Shown here: positions 51,298 to 61,579 of the stretch, one piece after another
How positions within the stretch are numbered: position 1 is the stretch's first letter
How the letters are laid out: each line of letters opens with the position of its first letter
Virus record (IMG/VR): IMGVR_UViG_3300018080_000189
Location: 1-61,963 of that record
Strand: one strand, 5' to 3'
Source of the DNA: a virus
Lineage: Duplodnaviria; Caudoviricetes
Length of the DNA: 61,963 nt
Notes under the pieces: generated by a model
What the model was told of the DNA's origin: nothing
The model's database searches: none
The model's input: only the letters and a program-made list of their open reading frames with translations
Program-made: the position numbers and the translations under genes

Positions 51298-52590
51298 TTA
51301 GTGTTTTTGGTTCAGTATTGCGTCTCGGCGTGCCTTAGCGTTTTTGATTAAGGGGTTTTCCCCGCCAGCTGGGAGAGGATTGAGTGAGGATTGTACCGAT
51401 TGGGCTTTTGAGCGTTCCGAGAGCATAGTCATTATCATTTTGTTGGCGGTTTCGATTGTACTGCCGTCGGCGATGAGGTCGGGGGCGAGGTCTTTGACGT
51501 TGGCAATTGTGCAGGCTTCCATGATTTCGGTACAGCGGGATCGTTCAGCGGTGATAGCTGCGTCGAGAGTAGCCTGATCGAGAGCTGGAGACGGAGTAGG
51601 CGTCTGAGGGGGATCTTGTGTGGGGGTTTGCTCCTCAGCCTTTGGTACTTCAGGAGTTTGTTCTTTAGTTTCAAGTTTTGTGTCTTTGTTTTCTTTCGGC
51701 ATAGCTGTGAATATACCTCCTTTTTGGTTTACTAGGTTGTTTACCACTTCCTGATATGGCAAGATTCCATTTGCTAATCCTATATCTATAGCAGACTGGC
51801 CATGATAGGTGCCAGCCTGGGTATTGATGATGGTTTTTTCAGAGAGGTTGGTGTTGCGAGCGACAGTGGTGACGAATAATGAGTACATGGAGTCGATTGT
51901 GGCCTGGGCGTCGGCGCGGGCGCTGTCTGATAAGGGGGAATTGGGCGAGCCGTCGATCTTTTTGTCACCTGCGTACATATAGGTGTAGGAGATCCCAGCG
52001 CGTTTGTTGGCTTCGGATTTATCGACATGGATCATGACGACGCCGATTGAGCCCATACCGGCAGTGCGGGTTAAGTAGCGGTAGTCGGCTGCGGATGCGA
52101 TTGCGTATGCGGCGGAATAAGCACGCTCGTTAGAGATGGCTACTATGGGTTTGGTACCACGAGATAAGTAGATGTGATCCACAAGGTCGAATACGCCGGC
52201 GACTTCACCCCCAGGGGAGTCGATATCGAGTAGTATCGAATCTACGTCAGGGGATGCAAGCGCGGCATTGAACTGAGCGCGGATGTTTTCGTATGAGGTT
52301 ATACCAGATAGAGCGGAGAGACCGCGAGCGCGATGAACGAGAGTACCGTAGATTGGGATTACCGCAACGCCTTTGGTAGTGTGGTATTCGGTAGAGGATG
52401 AGCGGGCAGAGACGGGGGATTGAGTTACCACTAGAGATGTGTCTAAACCGATGCGGTTGCCAACTACATGTATGATCTGGTCTAGTTTAGCCTGGGTGAT
52501 TAGCAAGGGCGTGTTGATGATACGCTCGGCCAGAAATCCCAGATTGAGTTTAGTCTTCTGGTTTAGGTTTAGGTTGTTTTGGTCCGGCAT
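51298..52590 (-). CDS. S49 prohead protease/scaffold (lambda gpC-like)
   Basis: LDIDSPGGEV, AYSAAY.IA, GSIGV; possible internal scaffold start at 51702 after GGAGG. Confidence 0.9.
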   Translation of the reverse strand: MPDQNNLNLNQKTKLNLGFLAERIINTPLLITQAKLDQIIHVVGNRIGLDTSLVVTQSPVSARSSSTEYHTTKGVAVIPIYGTLVHRARGLSALSGITSYENIRAQFNAALASPDVDSILLDIDSPGGEVAGVFDLVDHIYLSRGTKPIVAISNERAYSAAYAIASAADYRYLTRTAGMGSIGVVMIHVDKSEANKRAGISYTYMYAGDKKIDGSPNSPLSDSARADAQATIDSMYSLFVTTVARNTNLSEKTIINTQAGTYHGQSAIDIGLANGILPYQEVVNNLVNQKGGIFTAMPKENKDTKLETKEQTPEVPKAEEQTPTQDPPQTPTPSPALDQATLDAAITAERSRCTEIMEACTIANVKDLAPDLIADGSTIETANKMIMTMLSERSKAQSVQSSLNPLPAGGENPLIKNAKARRDAILNQKH

Positions 52591-54082
52591 TGGACTCTCC
52601 TTTCTCGCGGGTGCCACCTGATTGAGTGGTCTTACGCGGGTCACTATCGTATATTATACCAGTGGCATCGGCACGGGTGTTGTCGGCGGTGTTTTCAGCG
52701 TCGATTTCGGCAGCGTTAGAGCCGCGTTCACCTACTGAGCGTGATCGTGAGGTGAGACCACCACGGATTTCCAGGATTGCTGCCTGAACATCTTTGAGTG
52801 GGTCTACCCAATCCCAGCCGTCAGGGTCCCAGATGTTGTTGATGATGATTCGACGGTTTTTATAGTATCGAGGTATGAATATGCGACCTGATGCGACTGC
52901 GATGTCAAGCCAGCGGGTAGTGATAGGACGGCAGAATTTGTGGACTAGGATCTGGCCTTGAATAGCTCGGCATTGACGGTAGATTTCGACTAGGCCCGCT
53001 CGGATTGACGAGTAGGTCACGCCCTCCAGGTCGCCGGTGAGTTGTTCATAGGTGATTTTGAGAGATTTAGCGATACGGCGGAGGTTGTGTTTCATCCAGG
53101 GCTGGAAGTTTTCGCCTACGTCGGCGGGTTTTGACCATTCTATATCTTCGCCGGGTTTTAGTCCCTGCATGAGACCGGGTTCGAGAGCGACAAGATCTTC
53201 CTCATCGTCGTAGTCCTCTTCGAGTCCTGGTAGTCCAGATAGTTCCGGATCTCCTGGGGGCGAGGTGATAAACCCTGCGTACATGGCCGCGATCTTTTTT
53301 CGTATACGTTCGGCATCGTCGTACTCGTCTATACTACGCAGACCAGCGATCACTGACGAGAGCCAGGGCATACCGCGTAGTTGGCCGGGACGGCGAGGTT
53401 GATAAAGGAATACGGTATCTTCGATAGGTATACGCACTGGTAATAGATTGGACGCGTCGGTAAACCCATCGCCGGGGTGTTGGGGGTAGACGTGGCAAGC
53501 GACTTTTTCCCCGGCGGGGTTGATCTCGAATCCCATTCGGAGGGAGTTGCCATTGGGTAGCATTTGGTCGTACTGGTCGTAGAGATGGTCGTTTTCTAAG
53601 AGCTTAAGCTGTACCGGGACATTAAGAGTGGAGGTGTAGGGACGGTAGACGAATTGGCCCAGTACGTCGCCCGACATTACCATGGCTGTCGCGGCCAGGG
53701 TTTGGAGTCCATAGAAGTCGAGTTCGCAAATTGATGCGTCCATTTCACCGACAGAGAGTTTCCACAGATCCAGGATCTTAGCGTCCAGGGTCGGGTTGCC
53801 AGTATTCCATCTCGGTGTCATACCCCGCCCTATGAGATTGGTCACGTAGGAGTCAATACCGCCGCTTGCGTGGGGGTTGTTGCGGTCTAGTTCGCGGGAG
53901 CGAGCCTTGGTACTGGCCATTGAGTCGTTTATTGATGAGTTAGGCCCGGCAGTGGAGAGACCCCAGGTACGCATACGTTTAGTGATGCTGGCCGCTTCGT
54001 AGGAGGTTTGACCAGTAGTAGCGAGTACGCGTAGCCCTCGGTATATGTGTGCGATGGGCGCGAATGGGTTTGGTATGTGCAT
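52550..54082 (-). CDS. Portal protein, lambda family
   Basis: RSREL.RNN, RPGQLRG.PW, YEQLTGDL..V.YSS.RAG, W.WVDPLKD. Confidence 0.95.
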   Translation of the reverse strand: MHIPNPFAPIAHIYRGLRVLATTGQTSYEAASITKRMRTWGLSTAGPNSSINDSMASTKARSRELDRNNPHASGGIDSYVTNLIGRGMTPRWNTGNPTLDAKILDLWKLSVGEMDASICELDFYGLQTLAATAMVMSGDVLGQFVYRPYTSTLNVPVQLKLLENDHLYDQYDQMLPNGNSLRMGFEINPAGEKVACHVYPQHPGDGFTDASNLLPVRIPIEDTVFLYQPRRPGQLRGMPWLSSVIAGLRSIDEYDDAERIRKKIAAMYAGFITSPPGDPELSGLPGLEEDYDDEEDLVALEPGLMQGLKPGEDIEWSKPADVGENFQPWMKHNLRRIAKSLKITYEQLTGDLEGVTYSSIRAGLVEIYRQCRAIQGQILVHKFCRPITTRWLDIAVASGRIFIPRYYKNRRIIINNIWDPDGWDWVDPLKDVQAAILEIRGGLTSRSRSVGERGSNAAEIDAENTADNTRADATGIIYDSDPRKTTQSGGTREKGESNAGPKQPKPKPED

Positions 54083-54083
54083 A

Positions 54084-54308
54084 TTAATACCCTTTATCCG
54101 TTACGCATTTACGTACACGGGAGTAGCCAGTGGCGGTGGAGGCGAGTTCCTGTCGGATTAGGTCGCGGAGAGCGCGGACTTTATCAAGATCGGATGGTTG
54201 ATAGCGTACCCGATCCCCGTCTATCTCGCATTCAATAACGCGGGTACCGACAGCGAGTTTTACTATTGCAGCCTCGACGTTGGCCAAGTCGGTTGATGTA
54301 AATGCCAT
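54084..54308 (-). CDS. gpW-like head-tail joining protein
   Basis: Between TerL and portal; L..G.RV.....DG..V.Y. Confidence 0.75.
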   Translation of the reverse strand: MAFTSTDLANVEAAIVKLAVGTRVIECEIDGDRVRYQPSDLDKVRALRDLIRQELASTATGYSRVRKCVTDKGY

Positions 54309-54323
54309 GGTGATTATACTCCT

Positions 54324-56306
54324 TTATATAGATGAATGTCCTGAAGACAGATAAGACGAGTGGGAAGTGCGGCGACGGCGTGTGCGAGGTGGTGGGGGCG
54401 TATTGGGCTTAGGGGGCTGAGTCGGGTCAGTATTGGGGTTTGCGACTGCGGCGCGGTGATTGATTACGGCAGAGAGTTTGTCCCAATCCATGCGTTCTAA
54501 GCCGGATCTGATAGCGGCAGCGCGAGCACCACAGATGCAGTCTAGGGCCTCGTTGCGTTTACCAGATGGGAGAACCCACACGCGCTTGGCGACGCCGTTT
54601 TTGTCATACACCGTCATTTGTTTTTCAGATGTGAGTTGGTTATAGAAATCATCAGGTAGACCGTCATAAAAATGTATGTACTGTCTGCCTGGGGATTCTA
54701 TTTTGAGACGACCATAAATTGTGGCCTTGAGAGTGGATGACCCGATTGGCCAGAGTTGAATACCGTTCTTTATGGTAGAGCCAAGGTAGTTTACATCTTG
54801 TTTTGTCGGGCGGCCCAGACTAGGGTGGCCCTGTAGTGATGATCCCTTAGTGGCCATGGCGATTGGTGAGCGTGTACGACAGAAATTATATACGTCGTCG
54901 GTGCGGTAGCCGGAATCAACAGCGTAGGCGGATAGGCCCAGTTCGATACCGGATAGATGAGGGAATTTACGAGATAAGAATTCAGAGAGTTCATCGTATG
55001 CGGCTTGTTGGGCGGTGTCGGTGTAGAGTTCGCCCCAGTAGATTACCCAGCATTCCTCGCCCTTACCCCAAGCGGTTACCACTATGGCGAAACGGTCGGC
55101 CTGAACATCGACACCGGCGGTTACCAGGAGACCGCCAGAGGGGATTGACATTGGTCGGTATGGCTCAGAGCGGTTCTTGACCTTTTCCCAATCTGGCTGT
55201 TCGCCACCGGCCTCGTAGACCAGCCCCATGCGGGTGTTCATCCAGACTTGGTATTTGGCTTTAGTCGGATCGCGTTTAGCCTCCAGGAACTCGCGGACGA
55301 TCTTTTCCCACGATACCCAGCCGTAGGGGGAATACAAAGAGTTTAGGGCGAATGATCGATGGTAGTCGGATAGGTCTGGGAATTTCGCGACCCAGAGGCC
55401 GTTTTCGAGCATCCAGGTTTTATTGTGCTCCTTGATCATGGTACCACAGTGAATACACATATAGCGAGCAGTTTTTGGTAAATGTCTGCCAGATTTTGAT
55501 TTATCCCATTTGAGACCGAAGGTCGCGTCGGGGCCACCAAACTCTAGGATTTGGGTTTTGCCGCATTCAGGACAGGGTACGTAGTAAAAACTCTGATCGC
55601 CTTCCAGGAAATACTTCTCGATCTTGGAGAATTCCTTAATCGTCGGGGTAGACATACGGAGTTCTTTACACGAAGACGAGAACGCATCCATTCGTTTTCG
55701 TGCGAGTTCAGCTGGGTCTCCTTCTTGGTTGACGCTGACTTCGTAGCCGTCGATATCATCTAGTATAAGGTATTTTATAGAGACGGATCTGAGAGCGGCA
55801 GCGGAATTAGAACCAACGAATGACCAGGAGCCCCCGGGGAATTCCTTGATGAGTATGGTGTTACCCCCGCCCTTTTCCTTTACGTCGTGGATTAGCCCCG
55901 ACATGCAGTCCATCGCCCGGATAGACGGGGTGATTTTGGTTTTTGAATGCCGCTTAGCCAACTCGACAGTGGGCAGCATCATCATGCAAGGTGCGGGATA
56001 GGAATGCGCGATTGCGAGGAGCCAGTTATTGCCGATGCCGTCGGTGCAAGCGACCTGGGTAGGTTTACGTATAGTAACGATTTTAACGGGTGAGCGGGGG
56101 GATAAACAATCTAGCGGCTCGACTATATACGGTGTGCGTTCTATATGGTATTTACCGTATTCGTTAGCGCACTCCCTGGGGAGTATTCGGAATTCATTAG
56201 CCCACTCAGAATTGAGCATATCAGGCGGAGGTTGTATACCGTTGGCGAAAGCGGTGGTGTAGATGTCTTGGTCGTAGGGCGGGGCTGGGTCGAGTTCGGG
56301 GATCAA
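54324..56306 (-). CDS. terL: Terminase large subunit (GpA family)
   Basis: TPY..EP.D, STPT, VPCP.CG, GVDVQ, DSGY, RNEALDC. Confidence 0.95.
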   Translation of the reverse strand: MIPELDPAPPYDQDIYTTAFANGIQPPPDMLNSEWANEFRILPRECANEYGKYHIERTPYIVEPLDCLSPRSPVKIVTIRKPTQVACTDGIGNNWLLAIAHSYPAPCMMMLPTVELAKRHSKTKITPSIRAMDCMSGLIHDVKEKGGGNTILIKEFPGGSWSFVGSNSAAALRSVSIKYLILDDIDGYEVSVNQEGDPAELARKRMDAFSSSCKELRMSTPTIKEFSKIEKYFLEGDQSFYYVPCPECGKTQILEFGGPDATFGLKWDKSKSGRHLPKTARYMCIHCGTMIKEHNKTWMLENGLWVAKFPDLSDYHRSFALNSLYSPYGWVSWEKIVREFLEAKRDPTKAKYQVWMNTRMGLVYEAGGEQPDWEKVKNRSEPYRPMSIPSGGLLVTAGVDVQADRFAIVVTAWGKGEECWVIYWGELYTDTAQQAAYDELSEFLSRKFPHLSGIELGLSAYAVDSGYRTDDVYNFCRTRSPIAMATKGSSLQGHPSLGRPTKQDVNYLGSTIKNGIQLWPIGSSTLKATIYGRLKIESPGRQYIHFYDGLPDDFYNQLTSEKQMTVYDKNGVAKRVWVLPSGKRNEALDCICGARAAAIRSGLERMDWDKLSAVINHRAAVANPNTDPTQPPKPNTPPPPRTRRRRTSHSSYLSSGHSSI

Positions 56307-56353
56307 CCCAGCTGGTAGGTTGGCGGGAGGAGGATTAGAATGTAGTTGGGTCT

Positions 56354-56914
56354 CTATGGTAAGGGCTCCTTAGTAAACACGTTGGATTTCAGCTTCCCAG
56401 TCAGAGATTGTTTAGTGTGCTTGAGTGGATCTTTGATCAATGTTGGGATAGTCTTGTTGAGGTTTCCATTACCTATCAGAGTGTGTGCAGTCGCGTATTC
56501 GTATATCACTGGGGATTTGGTTAGTTCATTGGTCAATTCCGCGTCGTTAATGAGCTTGATATGGGAGAGCTTGGGGGTGTTCGATAATATATACCGGAGT
56601 TCACGCACGAATGGCCACAGCGGCCACATCGAAATCCATCCTGGGGGGATAACCACTCCGTATCGTACTTTGTGCCGCTTGAGTATACAGGGCGCACAGA
56701 GGGGTTTTTTGCTAGTCGCGATTGCGATATTAAACCTGCGGAACCGGTCTCGGATTATATCGACAGTTTCAGGTGCGGGAGATTGTAGGTGGACCACTAT
56801 GCGAAACTGATCCAATTCAGCGGAATTCTGCCGCAGAAAGGACGCGATTGTACGACAGAGGATGTCGTAGTCTCCAGCGTCATGAAACATGGTTGTAAGG
56901 CGATTTTGGGCCAT
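56354..56914 (-). CDS. Hypothetical protein between the terminase subunits
   Basis: AGGAG RBS, start coupled to the TerS stop. Confidence 0.55.
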   Translation of the reverse strand: MAQNRLTTMFHDAGDYDILCRTIASFLRQNSAELDQFRIVVHLQSPAPETVDIIRDRFRRFNIAIATSKKPLCAPCILKRHKVRYGVVIPPGWISMWPLWPFVRELRYILSNTPKLSHIKLINDAELTNELTKSPVIYEYATAHTLIGNGNLNKTIPTLIKDPLKHTKQSLTGKLKSNVFTKEPLP

Positions 56915-57483
56915 TAACTACTCCTGGGGTTGGGGTTGGGTTTTTGTAAGAATTCATTGTAGAGTTCATTGAGAACTGCTCGGAAGTCTTTGTCGAGACG
57001 TAGCCAGATCTCGTGGGTGTCGGTCATGGTGGCTAGTACCGGCGGGAGTTGGTCCCTGAGGTTGAGCAGAGCGTCACGCACTCTAGTACCAGTGGTCTGC
57101 GCAGCGTTTATCACTCTGTCGGTTGGGGTGGATAGTTTTCGCGCCTCTCGGAGTTTGATCTCTTCCTGGTCGGCTTTGTATTTGGTGAGGCGGGCTCGGT
57201 GTTCAGCATAAGACCCAATGTCGGAGAGCTGAGAGATTTGGGATTTTATGTCGTCGCTAAGGAAGTCATCGGGTGCTGAAGAGTTGGTTTGCGGATTGCG
57301 GAGAGGGGATTCACTAAACTGGTTGAGCAGTGTGTCGGATATTTCGACATCGACTCGACCATCGGGCATGACCAGAATACGGTCCTCGCGCACGTATTTG
57401 GATACCATTGCGGCAGAGACGCCACGGTGTCGGGCGTATTCGGATTTTGTCATGGTGGTTGGTGTCGATGTTGGTGTTTGCAT
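56914..57483 (-). CDS. terS: Terminase small subunit (Nu1-like)
   Basis: N-terminal HTH SEYARHRGVS..MVSK; coiled coil; VRDALLNL; upstream of TerL. Confidence 0.8.
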   Translation of the reverse strand: MQTPTSTPTTMTKSEYARHRGVSAAMVSKYVREDRILVMPDGRVDVEISDTLLNQFSESPLRNPQTNSSAPDDFLSDDIKSQISQLSDIGSYAEHRARLTKYKADQEEIKLREARKLSTPTDRVINAAQTTGTRVRDALLNLRDQLPPVLATMTDTHEIWLRLDKDFRAVLNELYNEFLQKPNPNPRSS

Positions 57484-57614
57484 TTGGTTTTTTATTTCTC
57501 CCTCTACTATAATAGACACTGTACTACAAAATGAGGTGGATTTTCCGAAGTGGATCGGGGTAGATGCCGATAAGAGAATTAAACATGATAATAACCATTA
57601 AAGAGGGCGTAGAT

Positions 57615-58007
57615 ATGACCTATAAAGAGATTATCATTAACTTCATGAAAGAGAAAAACAAGATAATCAAAAAACATACTAAAATGTCTCTATTAAACAA
57701 AGCAGACTACGATGAACTGTCCACCTGGTCAGAGTATGAATTCAGCGTAATAGCATATAAACTACAGAATACATCAAGAGGAACCTGCCCGTGGTGCATG
57801 AATACTAGATTTAAATGTGATGAGTGTGGATATGGTAGACGCCATGGGATATGTGTATATTATAGGTCGAGATTTTGTACAATATCTACTATAATGGCAG
57901 TACACGCGTTGTGCATACCTGACTTACCAGATATGCAAGCGTTAGTGAATAAAACAAGACATGAGATAGTTGATAAGAGCTATCAAACACAAGGAGAACA
58001 GATATGA
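57615..58007 (+). CDS. CPWC-family Cys-rich protein, copy 1
   Basis: FMKEKN.II..HT...CPWC...C..C.YG.RHG.C. Confidence 0.75.
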   Translation: MTYKEIIINFMKEKNKIIKKHTKMSLLNKADYDELSTWSEYEFSVIAYKLQNTSRGTCPWCMNTRFKCDECGYGRRHGICVYYRSRFCTISTIMAVHALCIPDLPDMQALVNKTRHEIVDKSYQTQGEQI

Positions 58008-58390
58008 CCTATAAACAAATCATACTAGATTTTATGCGGGAGAAAAACGCGATAATACACAAACACACAAGGCTATTGATAGCAACCAAGCCAGATATGG
58101 ATGAGTTAAAGAGCTGGCCTGAATCGGAACACGAGTTCATAGCAGGATGCATAGAATTGAGTCCGTCAGGTATGTGTCCCTGGTGTATAAAAGAAAGTAA
58201 ATACCACATAAAGACGTGTAGCAAATGTAGTTATGGTAAGCGGCATGGGAAGTGTGTGGATATCAAGTCTAGGTGGAAAAGGATAGTACATAAACTCGCA
58301 CAAAAGAACTTAACCACGATGGAAATACCGGAACTTACACGTCTGGTAACCATTACGAGAGAAAAAATCTACAAAGGAGGCAAACACTAA
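58004..58390 (+). CDS. CPWC-family protein, copy 2
   Basis: Same motif set. Confidence 0.75.
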   Translation: MTYKQIILDFMREKNAIIHKHTRLLIATKPDMDELKSWPESEHEFIAGCIELSPSGMCPWCIKESKYHIKTCSKCSYGKRHGKCVDIKSRWKRIVHKLAQKNLTTMEIPELTRLVTITREKIYKGGKH

Positions 58391-58822
58391 ATGAAATACC
58401 AAACCATTCTATTAAGATTCATGGCCGAAAAGAACACCATCGTGCGTAAACACACCCGAATGTTGGTAGCGACCAAACCCGATATGGATGAGATCCGTAC
58501 CTGGCCAGAATCAATGTGTAAGAAAGCGTTGGTCGCGCTCCATTCTGCCTGGGACAACCGGATGTGCCCCTGGTGCATACTATCCGAGAACTGTGACGAA
58601 TGCACGTATGCAAAACGACATGAACAATGTACCGAGGGCGCACTGGTAAACTCCACATCTAGGTATGGTAAAATATACCACCGATTGGGGAATTCTGGTA
58701 TCTGTAGTCTGGCCGGTATGCGGGAATTAGTCGATAAATACAAATGGATATTAGCCAGAAAATTAGCCAAGGAGATTCGCTCGGCATACAAACTCAAATT
58801 AGGTAGCGCAGGTGGAAATTAA
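58391..58822 (+). CDS. CPWC-family protein, copy 3
   Basis: Same motif set. Confidence 0.75.
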   Translation: MKYQTILLRFMAEKNTIVRKHTRMLVATKPDMDEIRTWPESMCKKALVALHSAWDNRMCPWCILSENCDECTYAKRHEQCTEGALVNSTSRYGKIYHRLGNSGICSLAGMRELVDKYKWILARKLAKEIRSAYKLKLGSAGGN

Positions 58823-58957
58823 TCAGATTTGTGTGAAATCGAAAATCAGCCGATTTTGTCCCTATTATATAATATAGGGTACAAGGGTTTGCAAGATGAA
58901 ATTTTCTGCTATAGTATTGATTTTGTGTAAAACGGTTGCGCAGTATTTCAGGGGTCT

Positions 58958-59230
58958 GACAAATTTGGCCAAATTCTTGAGGTAAAATTGACATTCGGAT
59001 TCCACAAAAATGCAAGAATTTGACAAAACTTGCACAAAATTGACATTTTAAAATTCCTCAGTTACATAAACTTGTGCAAAATTTCAGCGAAGGTGCAAAA
59101 TCGAGGTGGTTTTTAAGAGTGAATTGCACATAATTTCACTTGCATAAATGTGGAATCTTGCACAAACGTGAAATTACTTGCACAAAATTGACATTTTTAG
59201 CATTTTGGCCGAGGGGCTGTACTACAAAAA
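58958..59230. repeat. Non-coding cluster of TTGCAC(A) and AAATTGACA repeats
   Basis: TTGCACA at 59030, 59124, 59158, 59178; TTGCATA at 59140; ACTTGCACAAAATTGACATTTT twice. Confidence 0.75.
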
Positions 59231-59272
59231 TATTTGATTATTGTGATTATTAGAAAGGAGGATATTAACACA

Positions 59273-59686
59273 ATGGAAGACAAAAACCTAGAGCTGGATA
59301 TGGGCGAGGAAGTCTCTGTCGAGCGGTTAAAAGAGCCCGGGGTGCTACGTCGGTGCCTGGTGATGAGTAGTAAAGCTAAGTTTTTGGTACAATCTACCGA
59401 CATAGTGGTGTCGCGGCGTACTACTCTCCAGAACTTTATGGATGACAATGAACTGTCACAAAAACAAACCGCTGATATCATTGGCGTATCGGAATCGACC
59501 ATGAGCCGATACATGACTGGTAAGACCACAATACCGGCTAGTTGCTTTTCGCGTTTGGGCATTACCGTGAGTTCGACAGTGATGCAGAAACAGGAAAAAC
59601 GCGATAGATTAGCTGAGGTGTTGGAGGCGCTGACCAAGAACGTAAAGGAATTGAAGAACATTATTCGTGATGAAGGGGAGGAGTAA
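59273..59686 (+). CDS. XRE-family HTH regulator
   Basis: LSQKQTADIIGVSESTMSRYMTG; AAGGAGG RBS. Confidence 0.85.
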   Translation: MEDKNLELDMGEEVSVERLKEPGVLRRCLVMSSKAKFLVQSTDIVVSRRTTLQNFMDDNELSQKQTADIIGVSESTMSRYMTGKTTIPASCFSRLGITVSSTVMQKQEKRDRLAEVLEALTKNVKELKNIIRDEGEE

Positions 59687-59692
59687 ACTACA

Positions 59693-60097
59693 ATGGCGCG
59701 TAAATGGAACAAATTAATGCTGGAGTTTATGAAAGAGAAGAACTCCATTATCAAAACACATACCGATGGGATCACTATACTCAATGACGAGGATCTAGCT
59801 GAACTATCCACATGGTCAGAATACAAAAGCAAGAAGTTCCTGGTTAATATCGTGGCTTGGCATGATAGTCGGATCTGTCCTTGGTGTACGCTATCCCCCA
59901 AGCGTAATAACAACTGTGCTAAGTGCTCGTATGGTAAGCGTCATGGTAAATGTAATGACGAAGGATCTACATATAGTAATATACTCGAATTACTGCCAAG
60001 ACACGCTATTACTGGTATATTTGCAATAAAGAGTCTAGTATTCAGATATGAGCTACTCATAGATAACGAGATCGAAAGGGGGCGTAAAACAAAATGA
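59693..60097 (+). CDS. CPWC-family protein, copy 4
   Basis: FMKEKNSII..HT...CPWC...CAKCSYGKRHGKC. Confidence 0.75.
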   Translation: MARKWNKLMLEFMKEKNSIIKTHTDGITILNDEDLAELSTWSEYKSKKFLVNIVAWHDSRICPWCTLSPKRNNNCAKCSYGKRHGKCNDEGSTYSNILELLPRHAITGIFAIKSLVFRYELLIDNEIERGRKTK

Positions 60098-60714
60098 AAC
60101 ACCTAAAACTATTATCAACACTGGTAATGAGTGGGTATCTCCCCACACTAAAACAAACCACTGAGGTAGTGCATCTGGACTGGTCCATATCTAAATGTCA
60201 TAAAGCTATCATAACCAGCTCCGACGTAGTTACCTACAACCCAACCGACGGGTCACAAACCAAAACCCCTATCAAGAACGTCCGCGCTATACGGCACACG
60301 AACACGGTTCAATATCCGGAACTACCGCCTGCATTCAAACACCCTCCCAAATCCGATCCATTAGCGTGGTCAGTTATCTGTATCCGCGCAATGCTGCACA
60401 AGGTGAATCTGGAGAGTGCACGACTCTGGGAATGCTCGTTGGTAACGGCGATTGAGCTGGATCATTCGTGTAAGTGTCTGAGAGTGGTAATGTCGCGGCT
60501 CTGGGAACGATTGGGGGTGCATGCGCGTCATGAGTTTCTGAATGAATTATGGACTCGGTATTGTACGTGTTTGGGGAGGTTGAAAGCGGATCGGAGATAT
60601 GCTCAGATTGCGTTATATGATGGGGTGAATCAAGAGTATCCGATAGGGATTAGGACTGAGAGTAGGGCGAAAGTGCTTGGCGGGCCGTTGGTGTTATATA
60701 AACATAAATCATAA
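60094..60714 (+). CDS. Hypothetical protein
   Basis: 206-aa coupled ORF. Confidence 0.6.
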   Translation: MKHLKLLSTLVMSGYLPTLKQTTEVVHLDWSISKCHKAIITSSDVVTYNPTDGSQTKTPIKNVRAIRHTNTVQYPELPPAFKHPPKSDPLAWSVICIRAMLHKVNLESARLWECSLVTAIELDHSCKCLRVVMSRLWERLGVHARHEFLNELWTRYCTCLGRLKADRRYAQIALYDGVNQEYPIGIRTESRAKVLGGPLVLYKHKS

Positions 60715-60740
60715 ACCATTAACAGGAGGTAAAATCAACA

Positions 60741-60941
60741 ATGAAACACATCATAATCACAATCGTACTAACACTATCTTTATTCTTCGTATTCGCAGGT
60801 ACGTATTCCTGCATTCACAATATAAATTCCAACCGCGACCTGATCAATGCGGTACTGACTCTCTGCCCTGATAGCTATGTAGTCGAGGTGTTAGAGGACG
60901 ACCCTAACCGCATACTGCTCAGTATCGAGAAAGGAGAGTAA
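60741..60941 (+). CDS. Membrane-anchored small protein
   Basis: GGAGGT RBS, N-terminal TM. Confidence 0.6.
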   Translation: MKHIIITIVLTLSLFFVFAGTYSCIHNINSNRDLINAVLTLCPDSYVVEVLEDDPNRILLSIEKGE

Positions 60942-61131
60942 TCACCATGGATGCATTCATAAGACATTTTATAGTCTGGCTTGGTCTAGCGGCCGGGGGT
61001 GCCACCTACACCTACCTAACCCATGATATATCTTGGGCTTGTTATGCTCGTGATTGCTATTTCACGGGCACCGGTGTGTTCTCTATTTGGCTTATTAACA
61101 ATATTTTATGGAAGGAAGGGTAGTAGTCATT

Positions 61132-61575
61132 ATGTCTATCGATCTTAAATATTTCGTATTAAAACCCAGATCCAAATACCCAGGCGACCCGTATGCTCAC
61201 GCCTCTCGCTGTGCTCTACTATCGTTTGCCATCCACATAGACAAAACCAACCCGGACCTGGCCCGCGAGTTACGCATCTGGGTAGAGGAAGAATCCCGGC
61301 TGGAGAATGAGCTTATACGGGAGCAGGACAAAGACAACGAAGGCCCTGAGTGCTCGCCCTATGTGGATTATCTCGGCACTCCTATCTACGAAGGCTCCAA
61401 GGTCAAATTCAGTGACGGGGATGTCGGTACCGTAATGATCCGCAAACATATCAAGGAAGACGACGCACGCTGGGTAATTAAACTATTGGATGTCCCTATA
61501 TTCTTTAAACTATCAGAAATGGGCGGTAAAGTTGTGGTGGTTGATGACGGCGATGCCCCACCGAGAAAGGAGTAG
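61132..61575 (+). CDS. Hypothetical protein
   Basis: KYFVLKP...D.YA.ASR.AL motif; YopX-like C-terminal half. Confidence 0.55.
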   Translation: MSIDLKYFVLKPRSKYPGDPYAHASRCALLSFAIHIDKTNPDLARELRIWVEEESRLENELIREQDKDNEGPECSPYVDYLGTPIYEGSKVKFSDGDVGTVMIRKHIKEDDARWVIKLLDVPIFFKLSEMGGKVVVVDDGDAPPRKE

Positions 61576-61579
61576 CCCA

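Noticed and set aside
56030-56075. Atypical TerL Walker A (KPTQVACT) as an inactive terminase
   Set aside because: GpA-family terminases have a deviant Walker A with the Lys at the start; the other motifs are intact.
59197-59913. 238-aa minus-strand ORF
   Set aside because: Antisense to the XRE and CPWC genes, which have RBSs and recognisable motifs.
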